Below are positions 45,477 through 59,228 of a stretch of 64,000 nt of DNA, in pieces. The stretch comes from Macrostomum lignano (Eukaryota). The notes under the pieces were generated by a model. The model did not search any database. It was not told the DNA's origin and saw only the letters and a program-made list of their open reading frames with translations. The DNA lies in NCBI GenBank assembly GCA_002269645.1, contig NIVC01001150.1, positions 1 through 64,000 on the forward strand. Direction: 5' to 3'. Position numbers and translations under genes: made by a program. Positions within the stretch are counted from its first letter, which is position 1; each line of letters opens with the position of its first letter.

Positions 45477-48400
45477 ATGTCAGCACCAACAAAATCTGCG
45501 GCAGCGATTGTGAAGGAAGAATGGAACCACTTCCGAACTTCTTCATCCGTTCGTGGTCTGAAGAGAACAATGACGTCACCAACATGGAGTTTGAAAATTT
45601 TCTGGATCCTGTTTCTGCTTGCGTTTTTTGCGGTTACAATCGCGCAAATGTACAATGTGCTGTCAGTGTACTTGAAGCAAAAAGACGCCACGATCATGCA
45701 GATTCGAAAAGAAGAGAACTCGCCGCAGAAGTTTCCTGCCATTTCCTTCTGCAGGCAGCAGCCGTTCGTCAAGGGCAGCATCGTGATGGAGAAACTCAGG
45801 CAGCACAATGCTACCTTTCTCTCCCAAGAGGAGTACAGTCTGTTCCTCAATAAGGAAACTCAGGACTTGCTGTCACTGAACCTGAGTACCGCCCAAATGA
45901 ACCATCAATCGCAGAGAATATTAATTTTTTTCGACAAAATGCAAGAGTTCGTTGCGCAAATTCCAACTGCAGCAGTGCCAGAAGTCGCCATGCCGATGAA
46001 GCATATGCTTCTGTATCTCAAGCTCACCTTTCAAAATTTCACTACTGGATTCCACCACCTATCATTCGATGTTTTGGAGCACTTCACGAATCGGACTGTA
46101 TGGAATAAGTTTACAACGAGTTTCGTGGATTTTTCAGTATTCTACCATCACGATTACTTGCTGTGTCATACCATCACACTTAAGGCAAGTTGGCATTCAC
46201 CAGCTTTTCCTCTTTGTTTCAAAAATTTTCCCATTAGTCCTTTCCATAAAAATAGATCATTTTTCCGCTATTCGGCCTATTTTCTTCAAGAAAATTTGCT
46301 CCATCAGATGAAAACCCACTGTCAAAGTTTATAGTTTTATTTGGAAGTCATTCGTTTTCTTTTGTAATATTTTTATATTTTCACTTTAGAAGCAAATAAT
46401 TCGGGCCATGCATGCTGCTGTAGATATTTTAGCAGCCCTCAGATACGAGTCTAAAACACGATGCTATGCCAATGCTTTAGATATTTTAGCAGCCCTCAGA
46501 TACGAGTCTAAAACACGATGCTATGCCAATGCTTTAGATATTTTAGCAGCCCTCAGATACGAGTCTAAAACACGATGCTATGCCAATGCTTTAGATGTTT
46601 TAGCAGCCCTCAGATACGAGTCTAAAACACGATGCTATGCCAATGCTTTAGATATTTTAGCAGCCCTCAGATACGAGTCTAAAACACGATGCTATGCCAA
46701 TGCTTTAGATATTTTAGCAGCCCTCAGATACGAGTCTAAAACACGATGCTATGCCAATGCTTTAGATATTTTAGCAGCCCTCAGATACGAGTCTAAAACA
46801 CGATGCTATGCCAATGCTTTAGATATTTTAGCAGCCCTCAGATACGAGTCTAAAACACGATGCTATGCCAATGCTTTAGATGTTTTAGCAGCCCTCAGAT
46901 ACGAGTCTAAAACACGATGCTATGCCAATGCTTTAGATATTTTAGCAGCCCTCAGATACGAGTCTAAAACACGATGCTATGCCAATGCTTTAGATATTTT
47001 AGCAGCCCTCAGATACGAGTCTAAAACACGATGCTATGCCAATGCTTTAGATATTTTAGCAGCCTCAGATACGAGTCTAAAACACGATGCTATGCCAATG
47101 CTTTAGATATTTTAGCAGCCCTCAGATACGAGTCTAAAACACGATGCTATGCCAATGCTTTAGATATTTTAGCAGCCCTCAGATACGAGTCTAAAACACG
47201 ATGCTATGCCAATGCTTTAGATATTTTAGCAGCCTCAGATACGAGTCTAAAACACGATGCTATGCCAATGCTTTAGATATTTTAGCAGCCCTCAGATACG
47301 AGTCTAAAACACGATGCTATGCCAATGCTTTAGATATTTTAGCAGCCCTCAGATACGAGTCTAAAACACGATGCTATGCCAATGCTTTAGATATTTTAGC
47401 AGCCCTCAGATACGAGTCTAAAACACGATGCTATGCCAATGCTTTAGATATTTTAGCAGCCCTCAGATACGAGTCTAAAACACGATGCTATGCCAATGCT
47501 TTAGATATTTTAGCAGCCCTCAGATACGAGTCTAAAACACGATGCTATGCCAATGCTTTAGATATTTTAGCAGCCCTCAGATACGAGTCTAAAACACGAT
47601 GCTATGCCAATGCTTTAGATATTTTAGCAGCCCTCAGATACGAGTCTAAAACACGATGCTATGCCAATGCTTTAGATATTTTAGCAGCCCTCAGATACGA
47701 GTCTAAAACACGATGCTATGCCAATGCTTTAGATATTTTAGCAGCCTCAGATACGAGTCTAAAACACGATGCTATGCCAATGCTTTAGATATTTTAGCAG
47801 CCCTCAGATACGAGTCTAAAACACGATGCTATGCCAATGCTTTAGATATTTTAGCAGCCCTCAGATACGAGTCTAAAACACGATGCTATGCCAATGCTTT
47901 AGATATTTTAGCAGCCCTCAGATACGAGTCTAAAACACGATGCTATGCCAATGCTTTAGATATTTTAGCAGCCCTCAGATACGAGTCTAAAACACGATGC
48001 TATGCCAATGCTTTAGATATTTTAGCAGCCTCAGATACGAGTCTAAAACACGATGCTATGCCAATGCTTTAGATATTTTAGCAGCCTTCAGATACGAGTC
48101 TAAAACACGATGCTATGCCAATGCTTTAGATATTTTAGCAGCCCTCAGATACGAGTCTAAAACACGATGCTATGCCAATGCTTTAGATATTTTAGCAGCC
48201 TTCAGATACGAGTCTAAAACACGATGCTATGCCAATGCTTTAGATATTTTAGCAGCCTTCAGATACGAGTCTAAAACACGATGCTATGCCAATGCTTTAG
48301 ATATTTTAGCAGCCTCAGATACGAGTCTAAAACACGATGCTATGCCAATGCTTTAGATATTTTAGCAGCCCTCAGATACGAGTCTAAAACACGATGCTAT

Positions 48401-51400
48401 GCCAATGCTTTAGATATTTTAGCAGCCCTCAGATACGAGTCTAAAACACGATGCTATGCCAATGCTTTAGATATTTTAGCAGCCCTCAGATACGAGTCTA
48501 AAACACGATGCTATGCCAATGCTTTAGATATTTTAGCAGCCCTCAGATACGAGTCTAAAACACGATGCTATGCCAATGCTTTAGATATTTTAGCAGCCCT
48601 CAGATACGAGTCTAAAACACGATGCTATGCCAATGCTTTAGATATTTTAGCAGCCCTCAGATACGAGTCTAAAACACGATGCTATGCCAATGCTTTAGAT
48701 ATTTTAGCAGCCTCAGATACGAGTCTAAAACACGATGCTATGCCAATGCTTTAGATATTTTAGCAGCCTTCAGATACGAGTCTAAAACACGATGCTATGC
48801 CAATGCTTTAGATATTTTAGCAGCCTCAGATACGAGTCTAAAACACGATGCTATGCCAATGCTTTAGATATTTTAGCAGCCTCAGATACGAGTCTAAAAC
48901 ACGATGCTATGCCAATGCTTTAGATATTTTAGCAGCCTCAGATACGAGTCTAAAACACGATGCTATGCCAATGCTTTAGATATTTTAGCAGCCCTCAGAT
49001 ACGAGTCTAAAACACGATGCTATGCCAATGCTTTAGATATTTTAGCAGCCCTCAGATACGAGTCTAAAACACGATGCTATGCCAATGCTTTAGATATTTT
49101 AGCAGCCCTCAGATACGAGTCTAAAACACGATGCTATGCCAATGCTTTAGATATTTTAGCAGCCCTCAGATACGAGTCTAAAACACGATGCTATGCCAAT
49201 GCTTTAGATATTTTAGCAGCCCTCAGATACGAGTCTAAAACACGATGCTATGCCAATGCTTTAGATATTTTAGCAGCCCTCAGATACGAGTCTAAAACAC
49301 GATGCTATGCCAATGCTTTAGATATTTTAGCAGCCCTCAGATACGAGTCTAAAACACGATGCTATGCCAATGCTTTAGATATTTTAGCAGCCCTCAGATA
49401 CGAGTCTAAAACACGATGCTATGCCAATGCTTTAGATATTTTAGCAGCCCTCAGATACGAGTCTAAAACACGATGCTATGCCAATGCTTTAGATATTTTA
49501 GCAGCCCTCAGATACGAGTCTAAAACACGATGCTATGCCAATGCTTTAGATATTTTAGCAGCCCTCAGATACGAGTCTAAAACACGATGCTATGCCAATG
49601 CTTTAGATATTTTAGCAGCCCTCAGATACGAGTCTAAAACACGATGCTATGCCAATGCTTTAGATATTTTAGCAGCCCTCAGATACGAGTCTAAAACACG
49701 ATGCTATGCCAATGCTTTAGATATTTTAGCAGCCCTCAGATACGAGTCTAAAACACGATGCTATGCCAATGCTTTAGATATTTTAGCAGCCCTCAGATAC
49801 GAGTCTAAAACACGATGCTATGCCAATGCTTTAGATATTTTAGCAGCCCTCAGATACGAGTCTAAAACACGATGCTATGCCAATGCTTTAGATATTTTAG
49901 CAGCCCTCAGATACGAGTCTAAAACACGATGCTATGCCAATGCTTTAGATATTTTAGCAGCCCTCAGATACGAGTCTAAAACACGATGCTATGCCAATGC
50001 TTTAGATATTTTAGCAGCCCTCAGATACGAGTCTAAAACACGATGCTATGCCAATGCTTTAGATATTTTAGCAGCCCTCAGATACGAGTCTAAAACACGA
50101 TGCTATGCCAATGCTTTAGATATTTTAGCAGCCCTCAGATACGAGTCTAAAACACGATGCTATGCCAATGCTTTAGATATTTTAGCAGCCCTCAGATACG
50201 AGTCTAAAACACGATGCTATGCCAATGCTTTAGATATTTTAGCAGCCCTCAGATACGAGTCTAAAACACGATGCTATGCCAATGCTTTAGATATTTTAGC
50301 AGCCCTCAGATACGAGTCTAAAACACGATGCTATGCCAATGCTTTAGATATTTTAGCAGCCCTCAGATACGAGTCTAAAACACGATGCTATGCCAATGCT
50401 TTAGATATTTTAGCAGCCCTCAGATACGAGTCTAAAACACGATGCTATGCCAATGCTTTAGATATTTTAGCAGCCCTCAGATACGAGTCTAAAACACGAT
50501 GCTATGCCAATGCTTTAGATATTTTAGCAGCCCTCAGATACGAGTCTAAAACACGATGCTATGCCAATGCTTTAGATATTTTAGCAGCCCTCAGATACGA
50601 GTCTAAAACACGATGCTATGCCAATGCTTTAGATATTTTAGCAGCCCTCAGATACGAGTCTAAAACACGATGCTATGCCAATGCTTTAGATATTTTAGCA
50701 GCCCTCAGATACGAGTCTAAAACACGATGCTATGCCAATGCTTTAGATATTTTAGCAGCCCTCAGATACGAGTCTAAAACACGATGCTATGCCAATGCTT
50801 TAGATATTTTAGCAGCCCTCAGATACGAGTCTAAAACACGATGCTATGCCAATGCTTTAGATATTTTAGCAGCCCTCAGATACGAGTCTAAAACACGATG
50901 CTATGCCAATGCTTTAGATATTTTAGCAGCCCTCAGATACGAGTCTAAAACACGATGCTATGCCAATGCTTTAGATATTTTAGCAGCCCTCAGATACGAG
51001 TCTAAAACACGATGCTATGCCAATGCTTTAGATATTTTAGCAGCCCTCAGATACGAGTCTAAAACACGATGCTATGCCAATGCTTTAGATATTTTAGCAG
51101 CCCTCAGATACGAGTCTAAAACACGATGCTATGCCAATGCTTTAGATATTTTAGCAGCCCTCAGATACGAGTCTAAAACACGATGCTATGCCAATGCTTT
51201 AGATATTTTAGCAGCCCTCAGATACGAGTCTAAAACACGATGCTATGCCAATGCTTTAGATATTTTAGCAGCCCTCAGATACGAGTCTAAAACACGATGC
51301 TATGCCAATGCTTTAGATATTTTAGCAGCCCTCAGATACGAGTCTAAAACACGATGCTATGCCAATGCTTTAGATATTTTAGCAGCCCTCAGATACGAGT

Positions 51401-54400
51401 CTAAAACACGATGCTATGCCAATGCTTTAGATATTTTAGCAGCCCTCAGATACGAGTCTAAAACACGATGCTATGCCAATGCTTTAGATATTTTAGCAGC
51501 CCTCAGATACGAGTCTAAAACACGATGCTATGCCAATGCTTTAGATATTTTAGCAGCCCTCAGATACGAGTCTAAAACACGATGCTATGCCAATGCTTTA
51601 GATATTTTAGCAGCCCTCAGATACGAGTCTAAAACACGATGCTATGCCAATGCTTTAGATATTTTAGCAGCCCTCAGATACGAGTCTAAAACACGATGCT
51701 ATGCCAATGCTTTAGATATTTTAGCAGCCCTCAGATACGAGTCTAAAACACGATGCTATGCCAATGCTTTAGATATTTTAGCAGCCCTCAGATACGAGTC
51801 TAAAACACGATGCTATGCCAATGCTTTAGATATTTTAGCAGCCCTCAGATACGAGTCTAAAACACGATGCTATGCCAATGCTTTAGATATTTTAGCAGCC
51901 CTCAGATACGAGTCTAAAACACGATGCTATGCCAATGCTTTAGATATTTTAGCAGCCCTCAGATACGAGTCTAAAACACGATGCTATGCCAATGCTTTAG
52001 ATATTTTAGCAGCCCTCAGATACGAGTCTAAAACACGATGCTATGCCAATGCTTTAGATATTTTAGCAGCCCTCAGATACGAGTCTAAAACACGATGCTA
52101 TGCCAATGCTTTAGATATTTTAGCAGCCCTCAGATACGAGTCTAAAACACGATGCTATGCCAATGCTTTAGATATTTTAGCAGCCCTCAGATACGAGTCT
52201 AAAACACGATGCTATGCCAATGCTTTAGATATTTTAGCAGCCCTCAGATACGAGTCTAAAACACGATGCTATGCCAATGCTTTAGATATTTTAGCAGCCC
52301 TCAGATACGAGTCTAAAACACGATGCTATGCCAATGCTTTAGATATTTTAGCAGCCCTCAGATACGAGTCTAAAACACGATGCTATGCCAATGCTTTAGA
52401 TATTTTAGCAGCCCTCAGATACGAGTCTAAAACACGATGCTATGCCAATGCTTTAGATATTTTAGCAGCCCTCAGATACGAGTCTAAAACACGATGCTAT
52501 GCCAATGCTTTAGATATTTTAGCAGCCCTCAGATACGAGTCTAAAACACGATGCTATGCCAATGCTTTAGATATTTTAGCAGCCCTCAGATACGAGTCTA
52601 AAACACGATGCTATGCCAATGCTTTAGATATTTTAGCAGCCCTCAGATACGAGTCTAAAACACGATGCTATGCCAATGCTTTAGATATTTTAGCAGCCCT
52701 CAGATACGAGTCTAAAACACGATGCTATGCCAATGCTTTAGATATTTTAGCAGCCCTCAGATACGAGTCTAAAACACGATGCTATGCCAATGCTTTAGAT
52801 ATTTTAGCAGCCCTCAGATACGAGTCTAAAACACGATGCTATGCCAATGCTTTAGATATTTTAGCAGCCCTCAGATACGAGTCTAAAACACGATGCTATG
52901 CCAATGCTTTAGATATTTTAGCAGCCCTCAGATACGAGTCTAAAACACGATGCTATGCCAATGCTTTAGATATTTTAGCAGCCCTCAGATACGAGTCTAA
53001 AACACGATGCTATGCCAATGCTTTAGATATTTTAGCAGCCCTCAGATACGAGTCTAAAACACGATGCTATGCCAATGCTTTAGATATTTTAGCAGCCCTC
53101 AGATACGAGTCTAAAACACGATGCTATGCCAATGCTTTAGATATTTTAGCAGCCCTCAGATACGAGTCTAAAACACGATGCTATGCCAATGCTTTAGATA
53201 TTTTAGCAGCCCTCAGATACGAGTCTAAAACACGATGCTATGCCAATGCTTTAGATATTTTAGCAGCCCTCAGATACGAGTCTAAAACACGATGCTATGC
53301 CAATGCTTTAGATATTTTAGCAGCCCTCAGATACGAGTCTAAAACACGATGCTATGCCAATGCTTTAGATATTTTAGCAGCCCTCAGATACGAGTCTAAA
53401 ACACGATGCTATGCCAATGCTTTAGATATTTTAGCAGCCCTCAGATACGAGTCTAAAACACGATGCTATGCCAATGCTTTAGATATTTTAGCAGCCCTCA
53501 GATACGAGTCTAAAACACGATGCTATGCCAATGCTTTAGATATTTTAGCAGCCCTCAGATACGAGTCTAAAACACGATGCTATGCCAATGCTTTAGATAT
53601 TTTAGCAGCCCTCAGATACGAGTCTAAAACACGATGCTATGCCAATGCTTTAGATATTTTAGCAGCCCTCAGATACGAGTCTAAAACACGATGCTATGCC
53701 AATGCTTTAGATATTTTAGCAGCCCTCAGATACGAGTCTAAAACACGATGCTATGCCAATGCTTTAGATATTTTAGCAGCCCTCAGATACGAGTCTAAAA
53801 CACGATGCTATGCCAATGCTTTAGATATTTTAGCAGCCCTCAGATACGAGTCTAAAACACGATGCTATGCCAATGCTTTAGATATTTTAGCAGCCTCAGA
53901 TACGAGTCTAAAACACGATGCTATGCCAATGCTTTAGATATTTTAGCAGCCCTCAGATACGAGTCTAAAACACGATGCTATGCCAATGCTTTAGATATTT
54001 TAGCAGCCCTCAGATACGAGTCTAAAACACGATGCTATGCCAATGCTTTAGATATTTTAGCAGCCCTCAGATACGAGTCTAAAACACGATGCTATGCCAA
54101 TGCTTTAGATATTTTAGCAGCCCTCAGATACGAGTCTAAAACACGATGCTATGCCAATGCTTTAGATATTTTAGCAGCCTCAGATACGAGTCTAAAACAC
54201 GATGCTATGCCAATGCTTTAGATATTTTAGCAGCCCTCAGATACGAGTCTAAAACACGATGCTATGCCAATGCTTTAGATATTTTAGCAGCCCTCAGATA
54301 CGAGTCTAAAACACGATGCTATGCCAATGCTTTAGATATTTTAGCAGCCCTCAGATACGAGTCTAAAACACGATGCTATGCCAATGCTTTAGATATTTTA

Positions 54401-57400
54401 GCAGCCCTCAGATACGAGTCTAAAACACGATGCTATGCCAATGCTTTAGATATTTTAGCAGCCTCAGATACGAGTCTAAAACACGATGCTATGCCAATGC
54501 TTTAGATATTTTAGCAGCCTCAGATACGAGTCTAAAACACGATGCTATGCCAATGCTTTAGATATTTTAGCAGCCCTCAGATACGAGTCTAAAACACGAT
54601 GCTATGCCAATGCTTTAGATATTTTAGCAGCCCTCAGATACGAGTCTAAAACACGATGCTATGCCAATGCTTTAGATATTTTAGCAGCCCTCAGATACGA
54701 GTCTAAAACACGATGCTATGCCAATGCTTTAGATATTTTAGCAGCCCTCAGATACGAGTCTAAAACACGATGCTATGCCAATGCTTTAGATATTTTAGCA
54801 GCCCTCAGATACGAGTCTAAAACACGATGCTATGCCAATGCTTTAGATATTTTAGCAGCCTCAGATACGAGTCTAAAACACGATGCTATGCCAATGCTTT
54901 AGATATTTTAGCAGCCCTCAGATACGAGTCTAAAACACGATGCTATGCCAATGCTTTAGATATTTTAGCAGCCCTCAGATACGAGTCTAAAACACGATGC
55001 TATGCCAATGCTTTAGATATTTTAGCAGCCCTCAGATACGAGTCTAAAACACGATGCTATGCCAATGCTTTAGATATTTTAGCAGCCCTCAGATACGAGT
55101 CTAAAACACGATGCTATGCCAATGCTTTAGATATTTTAGCAGCCCTCAGATACGAGTCTAAAACACGATGCTATGCCAATGCTTTAGATATTTTAGCAGC
55201 CCTCAGATACGAGTCTAAAACACGATGCTATGCCAATGCTTTAGATATTTTAGCAGCCCTCAGATACGAGTCTAAAACACGATGCTATGCCAATGCTTTA
55301 GATATTTTAGCAGCCCTCAGATACGAGTCTAAAACACGATGCTATGCCAATGCTTTAGATATTTTAGCAGCCCTCAGATACGAGTCTAAAACACGATGCT
55401 ATGCCAATGCTTTAGATATTTTAGCAGCCCTCAGATACGAGTCTAAAACACGATGCTATGCCAATGCTTTAGATATTTTAGCAGCCCTCAGATACGAGTC
55501 TAAAACACGATGCTATGCCAATGCTTTAGATATTTTAGCAGCCCTCAGATACGAGTCTAAAACACGATGCTATGCCAATGCTTTAGATATTTTAGCAGCC
55601 CTCAGATACGAGTCTAAAACACGATGCTATGCCAATGCTTTAGATATTTTAGCAGCCCTCAGATACGAGTCTAAAACACGATGCTATGCCAATGCTTTAG
55701 ATATTTTAGCAGCCCTCAGATACGAGTCTAAAACACGATGCTATGCCAATGCTTTAGATATTTTAGCAGCCCTCAGATACGAGTCTAAAACACGATGCTA
55801 TGCCAATGCTTTAGATATTTTAGCAGCCCTCAGATACGAGTCTAAAACACGATGCTATGCCAATGCTTTAGATATTTTAGCAGCCCTCAGATACGAGTCT
55901 AAAACACGATGCTATGCCAATGCTTTAGATATTTTAGCAGCCCTCAGATACGAGTCTAAAACACGATGCTATGCCAATGCTTTAGATATTTTAGCAGCCC
56001 TCAGATACGAGTCTAAAACACGATGCTATGCCAATGCTTTAGATATTTTAGCAGCCTCAGATACGAGTCTAAAACACGATGCTATGCCAATGCTTTAGAT
56101 ATTTTAGCAGCCTTCAGATACGAGTCTAAAACACGATGCTATGCCAATGCTTTAGATATTTTAGCAGCCTTCAGATACGAGTCTAAAACACGATGCTATG
56201 CCAATGCTTTAGATATTTTAGCAGCCCTCAGATACGAGTCTAAAACACGATGCTATGCCAATGCTTTAGATATTTTAGCAGCCCTCAGATACGAGTCTAA
56301 AACACGATGCTATGCCAATGCTTTAGATATTTTAGCAGCCCTCAGATACGAGTCTAAAACACGATGCTATGCCAATGCTTTAGATATTTTAGCAGCCTCA
56401 GATACGAGTCTAAAACACGATGCTATGCCAATGCTTTAGATATTTTAGCAGCCTTCAGATACGAGTCTAAAACACGATGCTATGCCAATGCTTTAGATAT
56501 TTTAGCAGCCTTCAGATACGAGTCTAAAACACGATGCTATGCCAATGCTTTAGATATTTTAGCAGCCTTCAGATACGAGTCTAAAACACGATGCTATGCC
56601 AATGCTTTAGATATTTTAGCAGCCTTCAGATACGAGTCTAAAACACGATGCTATGCCAATGCTTTAGATATTTTAGCAGCCTTCAGATACGAGTCTAAAA
56701 CACGATGCTATGCCAATGCTTTAGATATTTTAGCAGCCTTCAGATACGAGTCTAAAACACGATGCTATGCCAATGCTTTAGATATTTTAGCAGCCCTCAG
56801 ATACGAGTCTAAAACACGATGCTATGCCAATGCTTTAGATATTTTAGCAGCCCTCAGATACGAGTCTAAAACACGATGCTATGCCAATGCTTTAGATATT
56901 TTAGCAGCCCTCAGATACGAGTCTAAAACACGATGCTATGCCAATGCTTTAGATATTTTAGCAGCCCTCAGATACGAGTCTAAAACACGATGCTATGCCA
57001 ATGCTTTAGATATTTTAGCAGCCCTCAGATACGAGTCTAAAACACGATGCTATGCCAATGCTTTAGATATTTTAGCAGCCCTCAGATACGAGTCTAAAAC
57101 ACGATGCTATGCCAATGCTTTAGATATTTTAGCAGCCTCAGATACGAGTCTAAAACACGATGCTATGCCAATGCTTTAGATATTTTAGCAGCCTTCAGAT
57201 ACGAGTCTAAAACACGATGCTATGCCAATGCTTTAGATATTTTAGCAGCCTCAGATACGAGTCTAAAACACGATGCTATGCCAATGCTTTAGATATTTTA
57301 GCAGCCTTCGAGTCTAGATGCTATGCCAATGCTTTAGATATTTTAGCAGCCTTTTGATACGAGTCTAAAACACGATGCTATGCCAATGCTTTAGATATTT

Positions 57401-59228
57401 TAGCAGCCTTTTGATACGAGTCTAAAACACGATGCTATGCCAATGCTTTAGATATTTTAGCAGCCTAATACGAGTCTACACGATGCTATGCCAATGCTTT
57501 AGATATTTTAGCAGCCTTTTGATACGAGTCTAAAACACGATGCTATGCCAATGCTTTAGATATTTTAGCAGCCTTTTGATACGAGTCTAAAACACGATGC
57601 TATGCCAATGCTTTAGATATTTTAGCAGCCTTTTGATACGAGTCTAAAACACGATGCTATGCTAATGCTTTAGATATTTTAGCAGCCTTTTGATACGAGT
57701 CTAAAACACGATGCTATGCCAATGCCAGTATAATACCTGATAGGGCCACAGAAAGCGCCTCTTTGGTACACCTCTGTCCGATAACGGATTTTGACACAAC
57801 TTTGACATAAAGCTCATCAAGGCAAGTTCAATCATAGCACAGCGCACACGTTTGCTCCCAATTCTGCTTATTGCGTCAAGTTTCATTCTGGATTCAAAGC
57901 AATGAGAGCTACAAATTTTCCAGATGGCTGAAGCGCAGCTGCAGCAAATTTGCTCCATGGATTTGCTGCTCTGGAACCCGGAAATCGATCTCAGCACGGA
58001 GTCGCAATCCACATCGCGTGCAGCTGCAATCGAAGGTTTCCTGAATGGAGACTCAATTATGATGGCGCTGCACCCGACTGAAGTGCACGGCCTCTCAGCC
58101 ATAAAAACTTCCGCCATTCATCTGCAGCATGGCAAGATGAGCGAGCTTCACTTTGATGTGACAGTGTCAAACTTTATGAATTGTGCCAGACAAAAACTGC
58201 AGCATGGAAACTCTGGTGAATTCAGCTACACAAGTGGCCACTGCAGGTTTGTGGGATTGTATTGTCGATTGTCAACTTTGGTTATTAGCAAAATATTGCT
58301 CAGCAACTACTCTGGTTTGGGGAAGATTTTTTCCAACGCATTTGTAAGCCTGGAACAGCCTATGTACAGCATCAATTTAATTAATAAGTTGAGTTGACTT
58401 ACGCTACATTTATACAATGTCAGATCGCCAATCCTATGAATATATTTTTGCCTTTCGTGTAGTTAAAGACTAATTAAAAATGGAGAGCTTATCAATCAAA
58501 GATTCATGTCTAACTAAGCCACCAGGAAAAGTTAATGATATGCTCGATTCAATGCAGCCATAGGGCTATGCAATAAAAACGAATGCAATTAACTGCTACC
58601 TCTGATCTGCAGGTTTCTGGACTTTGACGCCAAAACTAGGCGAGAATGCAACTGCACTTATGACCCGATGGCTTTCCCGATGCCCAGATGCGGCCAGCTG
58701 CACAAAGGACAGTCAGTGCTCACTGAATTCAACAGACGCATCAGCTGCGCTGCAAAAACCAGCACAGAAAGTTCCGTCTGCAGTTTGCCGTCTTGCTCGC
58801 AAACTGAGTACGCCGTTTCACCTCTGTTTTACGACTGGGGCATCAATGACTTCCAGTGGAAATGGTTCTGGGAATTCGCGATGGACTGGGAGAAAGGCTT
58901 AGTCGAGTACTGGCAGTACAGAGGCCTCAACGCCTCGCAGAGAACTCAAGCACTTCGGCAGCCTCTCGTTAACTTCTCGGAAGTCAGCCGCCATTTGTCA
59001 TCGGTGAGAATCGTGCGCAGATCGCTTCAGACTACTTTCGAGACTGAGGTAGCGCTGACCAGCGCAGCGAATCTGCTGAGCAGCCTCGGAGGCGCGCTGT
59101 CAATGTACATGGGCGTCACGGTGACTTTGGTGGCGGAGTTCGCGGAGTTCTTAGTTCTGGTGTTCAGGGCTCTGAGGAGCAGACGCAGAGCCGTCATTGA
59201 GGTTCAGGAAGTTAGTGCGAAACAGTGA
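45477..59228 (+). CDS. DEG/ENaC/ASIC-family ion channel, paralog 1; 3 exons, 548 aa
   Basis: Pre-TM1 SSVRGL..., TM1 KIFWILFLLAFFAV, FPAISFC, LLCHTI, thumb cysteines ECNC...PRC...SC...VCSLPSCSQTEY, TM2 NLLSSLGGALSMYMGVTVTLVAEF. Exons 45477-46184 (GC donor), 57924-58246, 58613-59228 = 1647 nt. Confidence 0.93.
46421..57725. repeat. 57-bp satellite, ~198 copies, 11.3 kb, inside intron 1 of channel paralog 1
   Basis: Unit gctatgccaatgctttagatattttagcagccctcagatacgagtctaaaacacgat; no spacers; near-identical units. Confidence 0.99.

Noticed and set aside
45455-45850. Antisense ORFs conserved in both channel paralogs (also 61954-62367)
   Set aside because: Conservation is explained by the near-identical sense CDS.
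46408-57292. Very long ORFs (up to 1677 aa) of LRYESKTRCYANALDILAA repeats
   Set aside because: The 57-bp unit is a multiple of 3 and stop-free in one frame; the array lies in an intron whose flanking exons splice in phase and match paralog 2. No evidence of translation.
46421-57725. CRISPR array
   Set aside because: No unique spacers, no cas genes, eukaryotic context.
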